Part shown: in pieces, positions 54,001-64,000 of the stretch
Layout of the letters: each line of letters opens with the position of its first letter
Position numbering within the stretch: the first letter of the stretch is position 1
Origin: Eledone cirrhosa
Lineage: Eukaryota
Assembly (NCBI GenBank): GCA_964016885.1
Contig: OZ024741.1
Coordinates: 74,028,001 to 74,092,000, forward strand
Direction: 5' to 3'
DNA length: 64,000 nt
Notes under the pieces: generated by a model
Seen by the model: the letters and a program-made list of their open reading frames with translations, nothing else
Told to the model about the DNA's origin: nothing
Database searches by the model: none
Program-made: the position numbers and the translations under genes

Positions 54001-54640
54001 GGCTTACTCAGTCTGGATAAACTCTGCAACTTCATTGCATACAGAGTTGGCGCCAGTGTCTGTGGACCCCTTGATTTGTCTTGCTGCCTGAATGCTGGTC
54101 ATTTCACTCACCATACTGAGCTAAACTGAATTATTAAGAGGGCCCAGGCTCATGTAAATATCTCCTCAATTTTGGACTCTTTTGCTCGCTCCCACATCCT
54201 GGATGCTGTGGTAAATATGAGGGTCACTATTTCTGTGGCTGAATGGAATAAAACTCTAAAATACCGAGAATTATTGACAAACTATTTTTTCCAGCCTGTG
54301 GTGTTTGAGAGGTTTGGAGGAGCTGGGCTGCTGACAATGAAGTTCTCGTTATCAATTGCAGTGCTTACCTTACAAAGATATCAGGCGATGACTGTGAGAG
54401 TGCTTAGTTGTTCTAGCACCTTCGCTTCGCTATCACCCAAGGTAACACTGGCAGTGTGTTGGCTTGCCTCAAAAAGTATTAAAGGGAAGCTCTAGCACTC
54501 CTTGTGGTTTGTGACTGATAGATACAGTGTTGAGTTAATATTTTCTTACATTTTGTTCCTATGTTTTTATATAATTAAGTAATATATGAGTGTGTTGAAT
54601 TCGCATTTGTTTTTAATTTAAAACTAATAAAAAATAAAAG
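51100..54640 (+). mobile_element. Degenerate CRE-like element split by a CR1 insertion
   Basis: GVLQGDLLGPVPFA, NVWDLHDA before 51720. Homology to 47520-48460 resumes at 53695, with YFFQPVVFERFGG. Confidence 0.7.
51728..53690 (+). mobile_element. CR1-group LINE, 5'-truncated, with TSD TATAAAT
   Basis: WKTASVIPLFKKG, NYRPVSLTS, QFGF, VYLDFAKAF, GVPQGSVLGPLLF, YADDIK, TRGH...FFTLRVAEAWNKLP; (TTA)n tail. TATAAAT at 51721-51727 and 53688-53694. Confidence 0.92.
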
Positions 54641-54882
54641 AAATGAATTATATATAACAAAAATAAATAGGGTACAATATATAAAATGACCACCTCTTAT
54701 ATTAAAAATAGAATAATTATTTTAAAAGTAGCTATAATGTTTAAAACAAAAAATATTCATTTTAAAACCATGTGCTAAGAGGCTAAGACGAAAACCTCTA
54801 CGTGGTCATTCCACCCGCTAGAAACAACAGTCAAATCTTCAGGTTACATTACAACATTTCAATACGAAGGGGCGCATTAGAT

Positions 54883-55054
54883 CAGCGGTCGCCAACCGGT
54901 GGTCCGCGAACCAACAGTCGTCCGAGAAAACATTTTGGTGGTCCGCAGAAAAGCTTTAGTGTTTATTTAAAAAAAAAAAATTATATTAGTGGTCCGCGGG
55001 ATTTAAAATTATGAATTTAATGGTCCATGAGGTCCAAAAGGTTGGCGACCGCTG
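54883..55054. mobile_element. hAT-type MITE
   Basis: 15-bp TIR CAGCGGTCGCCAACC / GGTTGGCGACCGCTG; 8-bp TSD CATTAGAT (54875-54882, 55055-55062); internal GGTCCGCG repeats. Confidence 0.9.
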
Positions 55055-55069
55055 CATTAGATAATATAG

Positions 55070-55892
55070 GGCGATATCCAATTTTAGCTGCCTAAATGCC
55101 GCTTACTTGCTGCAGTTGCTGCTTACTTCAATGTATGAGGCTATTCCAACAAATTTACATTCCCCCTTTTTTTAGCCGTTAAAAGAAATATAGATTTATT
55201 TTTTTTTTTTTGCGATTTATTTGCCACTGGGGCATAGATTTCTTTATTTGCCCCTTTTTTGTTTGTTTGTTTGTTTGTTTGTTTTTTTGCGATTTATTAG
55301 CCTTTTGGGGTCACACACACCCCCCCGTAGAAAGTGTGCGACCTTTCTGCCAGGGAGCACAGAGAGAGGGGGGTGCTCCCTTCTTCTCTTACCTGTACAA
55401 GCCGATATAGAGAGATGGCCCACTTACACGGGCCATTTATTGCTACTTTCACCCATCTTTCATGGAATTGGCTGAGTGGAGAAAAAGGCACTCAGTCCCA
55501 ACCAATTCCATGAAAGATGGGTGAAAGTAGCAATAATGGCCCGTGTAAGTGGGCCATCTCTCTATATCGGCTTGTACAGGTAAGAGAAGGGAGCACCCCC
55601 CTTACTCTGTGCTCCCTGGCAGAAAGGTCGCACACTTTCTACGGGTGTGTGTGTGACCCCAAAAGGCTAATAAATCGTAAACAAACAAACAAACAAACAA
55701 AAAAGGGGTAAATAAATAAATCTATGCCCCAGTGGCAAATAAATCGCAAAAAAAAAAAAAAAATAAATCTATATTTCTTTTAACGGCTAAAAAAAGGGGG
55801 AATGTAAATTTGTTGGAATAGCCTCATACATTGAAGTAAGCAGCAACTGCAGCAAGTAAGCGGCATTTAGGCAGCTAAAATTGGATATCGCC
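55070..55892. mobile_element. Foldback non-autonomous DNA transposon (about 400-bp TIRs, 30-bp spacer)
   Basis: 55070-55471 pairs with 55502-55892; GG...CC termini; 8-bp TSD TAATATAG (55062-55069, 55893-55900). Confidence 0.92.
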
Positions 55893-56809
55893 TAATATAG
55901 TCATACAGATATAGAATAAGAAACAAGTTAGTGCAACAATATCATTTTCGCCATATTATATTCTCAACACTTCTATAACTAATCGAGTCAGTAGAGTATT
56001 GGAACAAACGGTCTGTTTTTACGTTTACTGTTTGTTTATGTACTACAATGTAGCAGTTCGAGAAAAGGAGATCGATAAAATAAGTACCAGACACGACCGA
56101 GTTCCTTATGATCGAGTAATGCCTTTGTGGCGATGCTGAAACCAATAAAAGAAAAGAATATCTTAATTATAATCACAAAGTGTTCTATAAATATTTGAGT
56201 CGGTGGAGCATTGGACATCTACTGTGAAGATTAGCAACGTGTATCCAATCTTTATAAGCAGCGGTTTAAACTGTAAAATAATATATATACATACAGGCAT
56301 ACAAATACGCATACATTCAAACACATGTAGTTATCGACTTCTGAGATAATACCAAATGCTTATAGCTTTGGTACAAAATTTACGTTATTCTACCCTTTCT
56401 TCGTTGGTTTTTAATAGCAACGTGTTTTTATGGAACTGTGAATGTGATTATGGCGAATATGTTGGTGTTTCTTGGTACAGATTTACTTATTTAGTACAAG
56501 GTACTAATAGCTGATAGAGCAACCATTGTTGTATCTGTAACGTTTAACAATCAAAGGGAAATAATTCGTGCAGGCCTTCTTCTGTATGTTTCAAGATTTC
56601 ATTCCCTTTGACAGTTAAATTGATCTGATTTAACTAAAAACAAAAAATGTTAATATTACCGCCACTTTTCTACACTTCTAATCTTCATTTCACAGTATTA
56701 CTACTGTTTATATATATATTGTGGACATTGGGATATGTATACATATATTAAAAAAGGCAATTACTTCATCATTCTCTTGTGCATATTATAAACGAGATAT
56801 ACCCCATCG

Positions 56810-57540
56810 TCACCACTGAGATTTCTTTTATAGCATTAGTGAGGAATTACAAACAAGTAAAACATTTATGAATTTAGATATATTCTTGAATATATCTAAA
56901 TACATCTTGAATATATCCTGTCATCATTCAGTCACAAAGATTATAAATAATCCCATAAAACATCAATTTTATAATACTTGGCATTACAATCATTCATGTT
57001 TGATGCTATATTTGCATCATCTACATATTTCAGAAACTAACGCTTTATCTATCCTAAACATTGTGGGGAATTGTTCTCTGGCAGTATTTGATAATCCAGC
57101 TTCAAACAATTTTATAGTTTTCAAAATTACAAAATAACCATAGAACTTCCAAAAGTACTGCAAATAAAAAATATTTTACTACTGGTTTTAAATATTTGGT
57201 ACACAGAATGAAAAATTAAGCACATTGAAATTAAAGGAAGGTATTTCAACATATAAGTATTTTTTTTTAATTGAATATTAAATGGAGAATTAAATAATAC
57301 AGGTTTGAGTTGTGGATTCACTTCATCAATTATATGAATTTTTTAAAATTTGCTGAATAATGTGTGACAACCATTATATGTGAACTATATATGGACAGAA
57401 GCTGTACTTGTGATTGGTAGAGTCAAATATTTGACCAGAACTAAATTATTTTCTGATCAATTTTTATAATAGGGAGTTTCCATGAGAGATCAAGAAACAT
57501 TTGAAGTATTTTGTAGAGGCTTTGATATTTTAAATTTTTT
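56810..57540 (-). pseudogene. Possible highly decayed hAT transposase remnant
   Basis: Minus-strand fragments KIDVLWDYL, FKNISKF..VL, VIPH-NA resemble the hAT C-terminal dimerization region. Many stops and frameshifts. Confidence 0.3.
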
Positions 57541-58179
57541 GTTATTCAGAAGTAGAGAAGGTTGGAAAGAACAGGTATAAGATGATCAAATAGATGAAGG
57601 GACATTTCTGAGAAAGAGGAAAACAAATAATGAAATGTAGAGGATGATGAGAATAGAACCAGTGATGAATGCTGTAAAGAAATATGGAATGAGATGGTTG
57701 GGTCATGTGTTGAAGAAAGATGAAAGTGACTGGTTGTGTAATGGGAGGAGAGCAGAGAAGTCCCAGCTGTCACCTGACATTCAAGATTACAGTCAGTCAG
57801 AATGTGGGGCATTTATTGGACCAGCTTGGACAACCTCCCTATTGCATGCAAATAATTGTGGAGTGTTGTTTTCAATGCCCCAAGCACTTTGGAGAATTGA
57901 CGTGATGTCTGGCATAAGTCAGCTTTCACCAGCTCATGCAGTTGCTCATCATTGAAGTCAGGTGAATGTCCTGCTCAAGGTCAATCTTCAAGGCTGAAAT
58001 CACCAGAAAGGAAGTGTATGAACCAGTCCCTGGCATTTCGTTCAGACATGGTGTGTGACCCAAATGCATTGTATGACTCGTTGCTGCGCTTAGGCCAGAT
58101 ATGAAATCGTGAAGTAGACAGCTATGAATAAATGATTTGAATAGATCCATATTTCTTCTGCTTTGATGGTCAAGCATGC

Positions 58180-58800
58180 AGACCTGACGAGGATCATGGA
58201 GAGACTGCATCTCACTGACATGCACCAAGCGCTCTTCCTCCTGAAGAGCTGCTTTGCTTTTCCCAAACTTCTCTTCATGCTTCGTGGTGCACCCTGCTAT
58301 CCCCTAGCAGATTGACTTATCAAACTCGATGCTACCACCGATGTTGTGCTGAACTTATCTGCCAGCATTGGCTGGCAACAGATGAAACTTCTTGTGAGTT
58401 TCAGTTGCCTCCACCTTCGATTCACTCTTGACTTGGTACTGCCAGCCTATCTCTCCTCAATCTCCTCCATTGCACCTGTATTAACGAGATCCTTCGCAAG
58501 ATGACAGAACCTGATATGGCCCAGGAATTGGAGTCAGCTCAGGTTGATTGGACCAATGAAAGCCTTGCCATCCCCCAGTGTACCGATGTCCAATGTAACA
58601 GGGATAACATCAAGTGCAAGTCCATCTTCAGACAAATTGAGTCTTCCTCAAGCCAACACCGTCTCACCTGCCTATGCTCCACCTCACAACCAAGCAGTGG
58701 TGCTTGGCTCCATTTGGTGCCTTCCTCATTAACCACTAACCCTTTTTGATGAGGAGAGAACACGTATTGGAGTGGCACAGCACCTCAGCTTCCACCTATT
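58180..58800 (+). mobile_element. CRE-like element internal fragment
   Basis: MHQALFLLKSCFAFPKLLFMLRGAPC and QHRLTCL...SGAWLHLVPS, typical of the post-RT region of CRE-like elements. Confidence 0.55.
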
Positions 58801-59000
58801 TATCTGTTGTCAACTTTGTAAATATTATCAGTGATGCACAAAGTTTCCTTTCTCCTATCATCGAGTTAAACATACACACAAACATACACATGCACTTATA
58901 TATAAGGAGGGGAACGGGCATTCGATTCATGAACATCACTGTTTGTCCATTCCCTTGTCACTTCAATTTTGGATTACCTCCTTGATTATAACGTTATTAT

Positions 59001-59090
59001 GTAAGAAGCTATCTGAAGAGAGCATGGCAGTGGCTTCTATGCTGAATTACATAGCCAATGTCATTCTTGAAATATGTATTATTGCCTTAT
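59001..59090 (+). ncRNA. Hammerhead ribozyme candidate in a (TA)n-flanked pLTR-like fragment
   Basis: GTAAG..GCTAT-CTGAAGA-stem II (GAG.ATGGC..TGGCT/AGCCA..GTCAT.CTT)-GAAA-T-ATGT-A-TT-ATTGCCTTAT. Same stem III as family alpha; one stem I mismatch. Confidence 0.55.
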
Positions 59091-59203
59091 CAATAAAGGA
59101 CTTTATCATCTAAACTTTGTATTTCCTTATTCTAAAAATACGCCGTCACTCCTGAGTGGAAAATGCACATTGAGTTCTTGAGTTGAATTACATCAATATT
59201 TTT

Positions 59204-59236
<33 letters not shown>

Positions 59237-59256
59237 GTATATATATATATATGAAT

Positions 59257-59657
59257 GTATATATAGTGTATTTTGCAATACACTGTACACTTAATTAAAA
59301 GCATTACGAAGACCTTACGCTATTTTTTTAGAGTAGTGACAGTCTCACTTGCTTTAAATTTTCAGCAAACAGGGAAGATAAAGCTGACAGAGCTCTGTTT
59401 CGTACTTTTTGGTACTTATCAATGATTATTACTAGAATTCTATAAGAATCAAACATTCATGATTTTCAGCAAACAGGTGGAGTACTTAGCTTTGATAAGT
59501 ACCAAAAAGTACGAAACAGAGCTCTGTCAGCTTTATCTCCTCTGTTTGCTGAAAATTTAAAGTAAGTAAGACTGTCACTACTCTAAAACAATAGCGTAAG
59601 GTCTTCGAAATGCTTTTAATTAAGCATACAGTGTATTGCAAAATACACTATATATAC
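59257..59657. mobile_element. Palindromic non-coding element, family beta (166-bp arms, 69-nt spacer)
   Basis: 59257-59422 pairs with 59492-59657; ends in TATATA on both sides. Confidence 0.85.
59462..59556 (+). ncRNA. Type I hammerhead ribozyme, U3-A8 core variant, with extended stem I
   Basis: ATTTTCAGCAAACAG..GGAG-TACTT-AGCT | TTGATAA | GTAC-CAAAAA-GTAC | GAAA | CAG-AGCT-CTG | TC | AGCT-TTAT-CTCC.CTGTTTGCTGAAAAT. Predicted GUC cleavage after 59528. Confidence 0.78.
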
Positions 59658-60692
59658 TCTGGTGCAATAAGTAGCAGCAAGTGCCCACAGAATACTAGCT
59701 CATTCCATTGCACAGATGGTTCTATAGAAATAGTGGACAGCTTCCGTTACCTGGGTGACAAAATCAGCAGTGGAGGAGGGTGCTCTGAAAGTACAGTAGC
59801 TAGAGTCAGAACGGGATGGAAAAAGTTCAGAGAGCTTATACCACTATTGGCTGCTAAAGGGTTCTCTCTAAAAATGAAAGGCAGGCTGTATGATGCCTGC
59901 ATATGAACAGCAATGTTACATGGCAGTGAGCCCTGGGAATTGTGTGCAGAGGATATACACAGACTGGAGAGAAACGAAGCTTGCATGCTCCGTTGGATGT
60001 GTAATAGTAATATACGTGAACGGCAAATCATAAATGAACTAAGTGAGAAATTAGGAATAAGAGGGATCAGATGTTGTTTACTCAAGAGAAGACTATGTTG
60101 GTATGGTCACGTGATGCGCATGAAAGACGACAGCTGTATAAAAAAGTGCAGGGCGATAACAATAGATGGTAGCCGACCCAGAAAAACCTTGGACGACTTG
60201 ATAAATTCCGACCTCACAAACTTACACCTCTCCAAGACAATGTCACTGGACCGAAATCTTTGGCGCTACACAGTAATACAGAAGACCCGCCTTGCCTAAG
60301 TACAAAGCGAAACCTACAGTCAGTAGGCACCTCTTAACAAAAATACACCCCCGTCCCACTACCCCCACCCCATCCACACCACCCCTTTCGATGTAAAGTT
60401 ATGTTGGTGCCACAACATCCAGTCCGAAATAAATGAGGTCGTGTAGGTGTCACGACAAAACAAACACGCAGTCCACGCTGTAATGTTGCCGTGTAGGTAA
60501 CACGGTAAAAACCTCCCAGTCCACACTGTAAACGTGGTTGGTGTTAGGAAGGGCATCCAGCCGTAGAAAATCCGCCAGACAGTCCTATGCGAGCAAGACA
60601 ACCAATCTTGCCTCAAGTGGGAAAATTCCCGTCCAAACCCATGCAAGCGTGGAAGATGGACGTTAAACGATGATGATGATGATGATGATGAT
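59657..60692 (+). mobile_element. 5'-truncated RTE LINE (subfamily B)
   Basis: IEIVDSFRYLG...RLCWYGHVMRM with an internal stop; 3' UTR; (GAT)n tail followed by (TA)n. Confidence 0.92.
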
Positions 60693-60710
60693 ATACATAT
60701 ATACATATAT

Positions 60711-60763
<53 letters not shown>

Positions 60764-60791
60764 TGTATATACAATATATGATGATGATATA

Positions 60792-60858
<67 letters not shown>

Positions 60859-61134
60859 AATGAATAATAACAGGTAGGCATCATAAAAAGGTAATTTATT
60901 CTCTCCCTCTTCCCTTCTTTCTCTCTTCCTTTTCTACTCTATCTTCCCCAATAACTTCTTTTAAGAAATACAAGAGTAACCATTCTGCTCTGAGGAAACG
61001 GTAGAAGCAGCATTTGAAAATTGAGTTTCTTCAAATAATTACCAATTTGCACATAGCATGAATAGGCTGTATAACTACTGTTGAAACATTTGTAAGCACT
61101 CGGAATAAATTACCTTTTTATGATGTCTACCTGT

Positions 61135-61632
61135 TATAATAATAATGAAATATTGTGTACAGTGCTCAGGTGCACTACAACTCATCAAAAAGTGTATGTA
61201 TAGTACACAGGGTAATGTACAAACGTCAGGAAAGTGAACAGTGCATGAATCATGATATACACGTGTGCATGTGTATGGAAGGGGGACATCAGGTGTAGTT
61301 TTGGCGAATTTCGGGAAGCATGAGGGTTTTAAAGGATGCAGTGTCTCGGCAGCTAACAACTGATGGAGGCAGTTTGTTCCATGCTTCAGCAACTCTGAGC
61401 GTGAAAAAATGTTTCCGAAAGTCATGGGATCTGTGCTGTTTTCTGATTTTGTAGGCATGTCCACGTGTGTTATACACATGGAGATCAAAAAGGTGCTCAG
61501 GGTTGTTGTTGGCAAGATGGTTAATAACTTTGTGGGTGTTTTCCAAGTCCATTACCAGATGGAGCTTCAATGAATCCATGTCCAGGGAAGCAAGGCGTTC
61601 AGAGTATGGTAGGTGTCTGATGGAGGGTATGC
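61135..61632 (-). mobile_element. 3' fragment of CR1-group LINE
   Basis: Near-identical reverse complement of 53180-53680. Confidence 0.9.
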
Positions 61633-61872
61633 GCTTCTTTATCTACACTCCGGAATACAGAAGTATCAGAAACTGAGTTTCTTCAACTATTCTTCCATAA
61701 CTCGTTGAGTAACCCCTCACCGTACGTCAACTCTATCTAGTGTAGTAATTAACCATTACTGCATTCAGGATAATCCTAAGCATTTCTTGCATAACCTAAT
61801 ATATATAAAAACAAATAACGAAACGAAATTAAATTTCGTTTCGCTTCTAACTCACTTTTGTATGACTGACGC

Positions 61873-62068
61873 TTAAACAATTAAGTTAAAGTGTACATCT
61901 ACATATGTATACGGAAGTACTAGTATGCATATAAATACACACATGTATACATGTAAAGTGTCTAGTGAAAAACTCAGTACATGTACATATGTATACATGT
62001 GTGTATTTATATGCATACTAGTACTTCCGTATACATATGTAGATGTACACTTTAACTTAATTGTCTAA
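61873..62068. repeat. Palindrome (80-bp arms) next to (TA)n
   Basis: 61873-61952 pairs with 61989-62068. Confidence 0.9.
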
Positions 62069-62078
62069 TATATATATA

Positions 62079-62223
62079 TATTTCTGAAGACGGCATATAT
62101 GTGTGTTTGGTATGTATATTCAATTTTGATAGTTTGTATAATTTTGTATAATTTTGTACATAGATCTGTTGAATATGCATGCCAATTCTAACACATATAT
62201 ATCCTAGAAACAATCGTTAAATA
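62079..62223 (+). ncRNA. Hammerhead ribozyme candidate with long stem II
   Basis: TATTT-CTGAAGA-[ATATATGTGT..TTGGTATGTATATTCAA / TTGAATATGCATGCCAA..ACACATATAT]-GAAA-C-AATC-G-TT-AAATA. The stem II closing pair is mismatched. Confidence 0.45.
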
Positions 62224-62327
62224 ATGAACTTTTTTTGTTTAATATAAGGAACTGTTTCATTGTTTTATTCATTATTTTTTTAATATTTTATATATATATA
62301 TATATATCTTTATATATATATATATTA

Positions 62328-62702
62328 TCATCATCACCGTTTTACGTCCGTTCTTCCACGCTAGCATGGGTTAGATGGGTTGTTCTGTTGTGAGCAGTGT
62401 CCAGTCGGCTGACTTTGTCTTGCTCATACAGGAACTGATTTTGGCTTGATTTCTACAGCTGGATGCCCTTCCTAACACCAACCTCATTTACAGTGAGTGC
62501 TGGGTGCTTTTTTTCCATGGTGCCTAAACGTCTACTTTACAGTGTGGGCTGGGTGCTTTTTTGCCGTGGTACCTCCACAATCACTTTGCAGTGGGAGGGG
62601 TGGGGGCATATTGTCTATATGCTTCAGCTTCGGCTTGTTCCTGTGTGTGTGTGGGGGTGGGTGGGTGGGTGCCGGTCGGGTCTTCTGTATTACTGCGTGA
62701 CA
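62328..62702 (-). mobile_element. RTE subfamily A 3' UTR fragment
   Basis: Matches 1361-1710 and 26553-26900; (GAT)n tail. Confidence 0.85.
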
Positions 62703-62799
62703 CCACCATCATCATCATCATTTTATGTTCGCTTTTCTCTGCTTGTAAGGGTGGGACAGGTCCTATTCAGCACAGCATCTCTAAACTTGTCACATATAT

Positions 62800-63480
62800 G
62801 TACGCAGGTTTTATATGTGGTCATTGCACATGTGCAGTAAGTAGCAACAGTCCACAAGATACAAACTCCTTTAAATGCTCAGAGGGGCCTATTAGAAGTA
62901 GAAGTAGTTGATAGTTTCCGTTACCTGGGTGACCAAATGAACAGTGGAGGTGGCTGTTCCAAAAGTACAGTAGCTAGAGTGAGAACGGGATGGAGAAAAT
63001 TCAGGGAGCTACTACCACTGCTAACCAGAAAAGATTTTTTCCTCAAAATGAAGGGCAGATTGTATGATGCATATATCAAGCAACAATATTACATGGCAGT
63101 GAGATCTGGTTGCTGTGTGCAGAGGACCAACAAAGATTGGAAAGAAATGAAGCGTCCATGCTTCGATGGATGTGTAATAGTAATATACATGAACAACAAA
63201 GTATGAATGAACTGAGAGAGAAACTGGGCATAAGAGGGATCAGAAGTAGTATGCAGGAGAGGAGATTACATTGGTATGGACATGTGATGTATATGAAGGA
63301 TGACAGCTGTATAAAATGGTGCAGGTGGCTCAACGTTGATGGAAGCTATGGTGTAGGAAGAACTAGGAAAACTTGGGATGAGGTGATAAAAGCTGACCTT
63401 TCACAATTACACCTCTCGAAGGCGATGACACAGGATCGAGATCTTTGGCGTTAAGTAGTAATACAGAAGACCTGCCTTCC
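62800..63480 (+). mobile_element. RTE LINE 3' coding fragment (degenerate)
   Basis: VVDSFRYLG, ARVRTGWRKFRELLPLL, RRLHWYGHVM. Confidence 0.85.
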
Positions 63481-64000
63481 CTCTTCTCCTTCTATACACC
63501 TCAACATCCTAACACCACTTCCTTCGTCCATGTCCCTCCCCCTCCTGCACCTCCCATGCTCGAACACTCTACTCCCTCACACATGCCCCTAGATCTACCT
63601 CCCCAATCCACCCCCTAAATCCTCAGCCCACACTTTAAAGTGGTCATGTAGGTGTCACAAAAAAAAGTGCTATAGTGAACTATAGTGAATTTAATGTATG
63701 GAATGAATGGTTGTGTGGTTGTGGCATTGCTTTGGTTGTTGTGTGTATACTCACTTGTGGATTGCTTAGTTATGTGGTTACCATTATGTAGAGTGTAGGC
63801 GAAGAAAGATTGATGATGCCTGATAGAGTGTAACCAGAGATTGCGGGTGGGCAAGTGAGTGAGTGACAGTGTTCATTATTATGATGTTGATGATCTGATG
63901 ATTCCTTGGATAAGCGTTTTACCCTGATCACATACTTAATGAAATATATAAACTACAATTACAGAGAGCTGCTATGTTAATATTTTATTAGATATAACTT

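Noticed and set aside
56640-56700. Possible non-coding upstream exon of NHLRC2 (minus-strand GCG|GTAATT donor-like site)
   Set aside because: A lone donor-like motif cannot be supported without transcript data.
60980-61035. CTGAGGA...GAAA spacing resembling a hammerhead
   Set aside because: Stems I and II do not pair convincingly.

Overview
Eukaryotic, AT-rich, repeat-dense genomic DNA. The repeat landscape (RTE LINEs with (GAT)n tails, tRNA-derived SINEs, long (TA)n runs) suggests a cephalopod such as Octopus; this is inference, not proven. The one host gene I can support is NHLRC2 (thioredoxin-like domain + NHL beta-propeller) on the minus strand: 10 coding exons from 46149 to 18677, all GT-AG and phase-consistent, about 720 aa, with a 14.2-kb first intron. 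The rest is mostly mobile DNA: many RTE LINE copies (one near full length) whose RT carries an inserted C4HC3 PHD-like finger, a Penelope-like element (RT + GIY-YIG), CR1-type and CRE-like LINE remnants, a tandem non-autonomous Helitron array nested in an RTE, a hAT MITE, an 823-bp foldback element, SINEs and a probable solo LTR. The most unusual signal is a set of short non-coding, mostly palindromic elements next to (TA)n tracts that carry hammerhead ribozyme (HHR) folds. Two copies have an HHR on each strand and lie in NHLRC2 intron 1. Another carries a U3-A8 core-variant HHR with a long stem I. These look like non-autonomous Penelope-derived, retrozyme-like elements. All folds were read by eye and none is tested.
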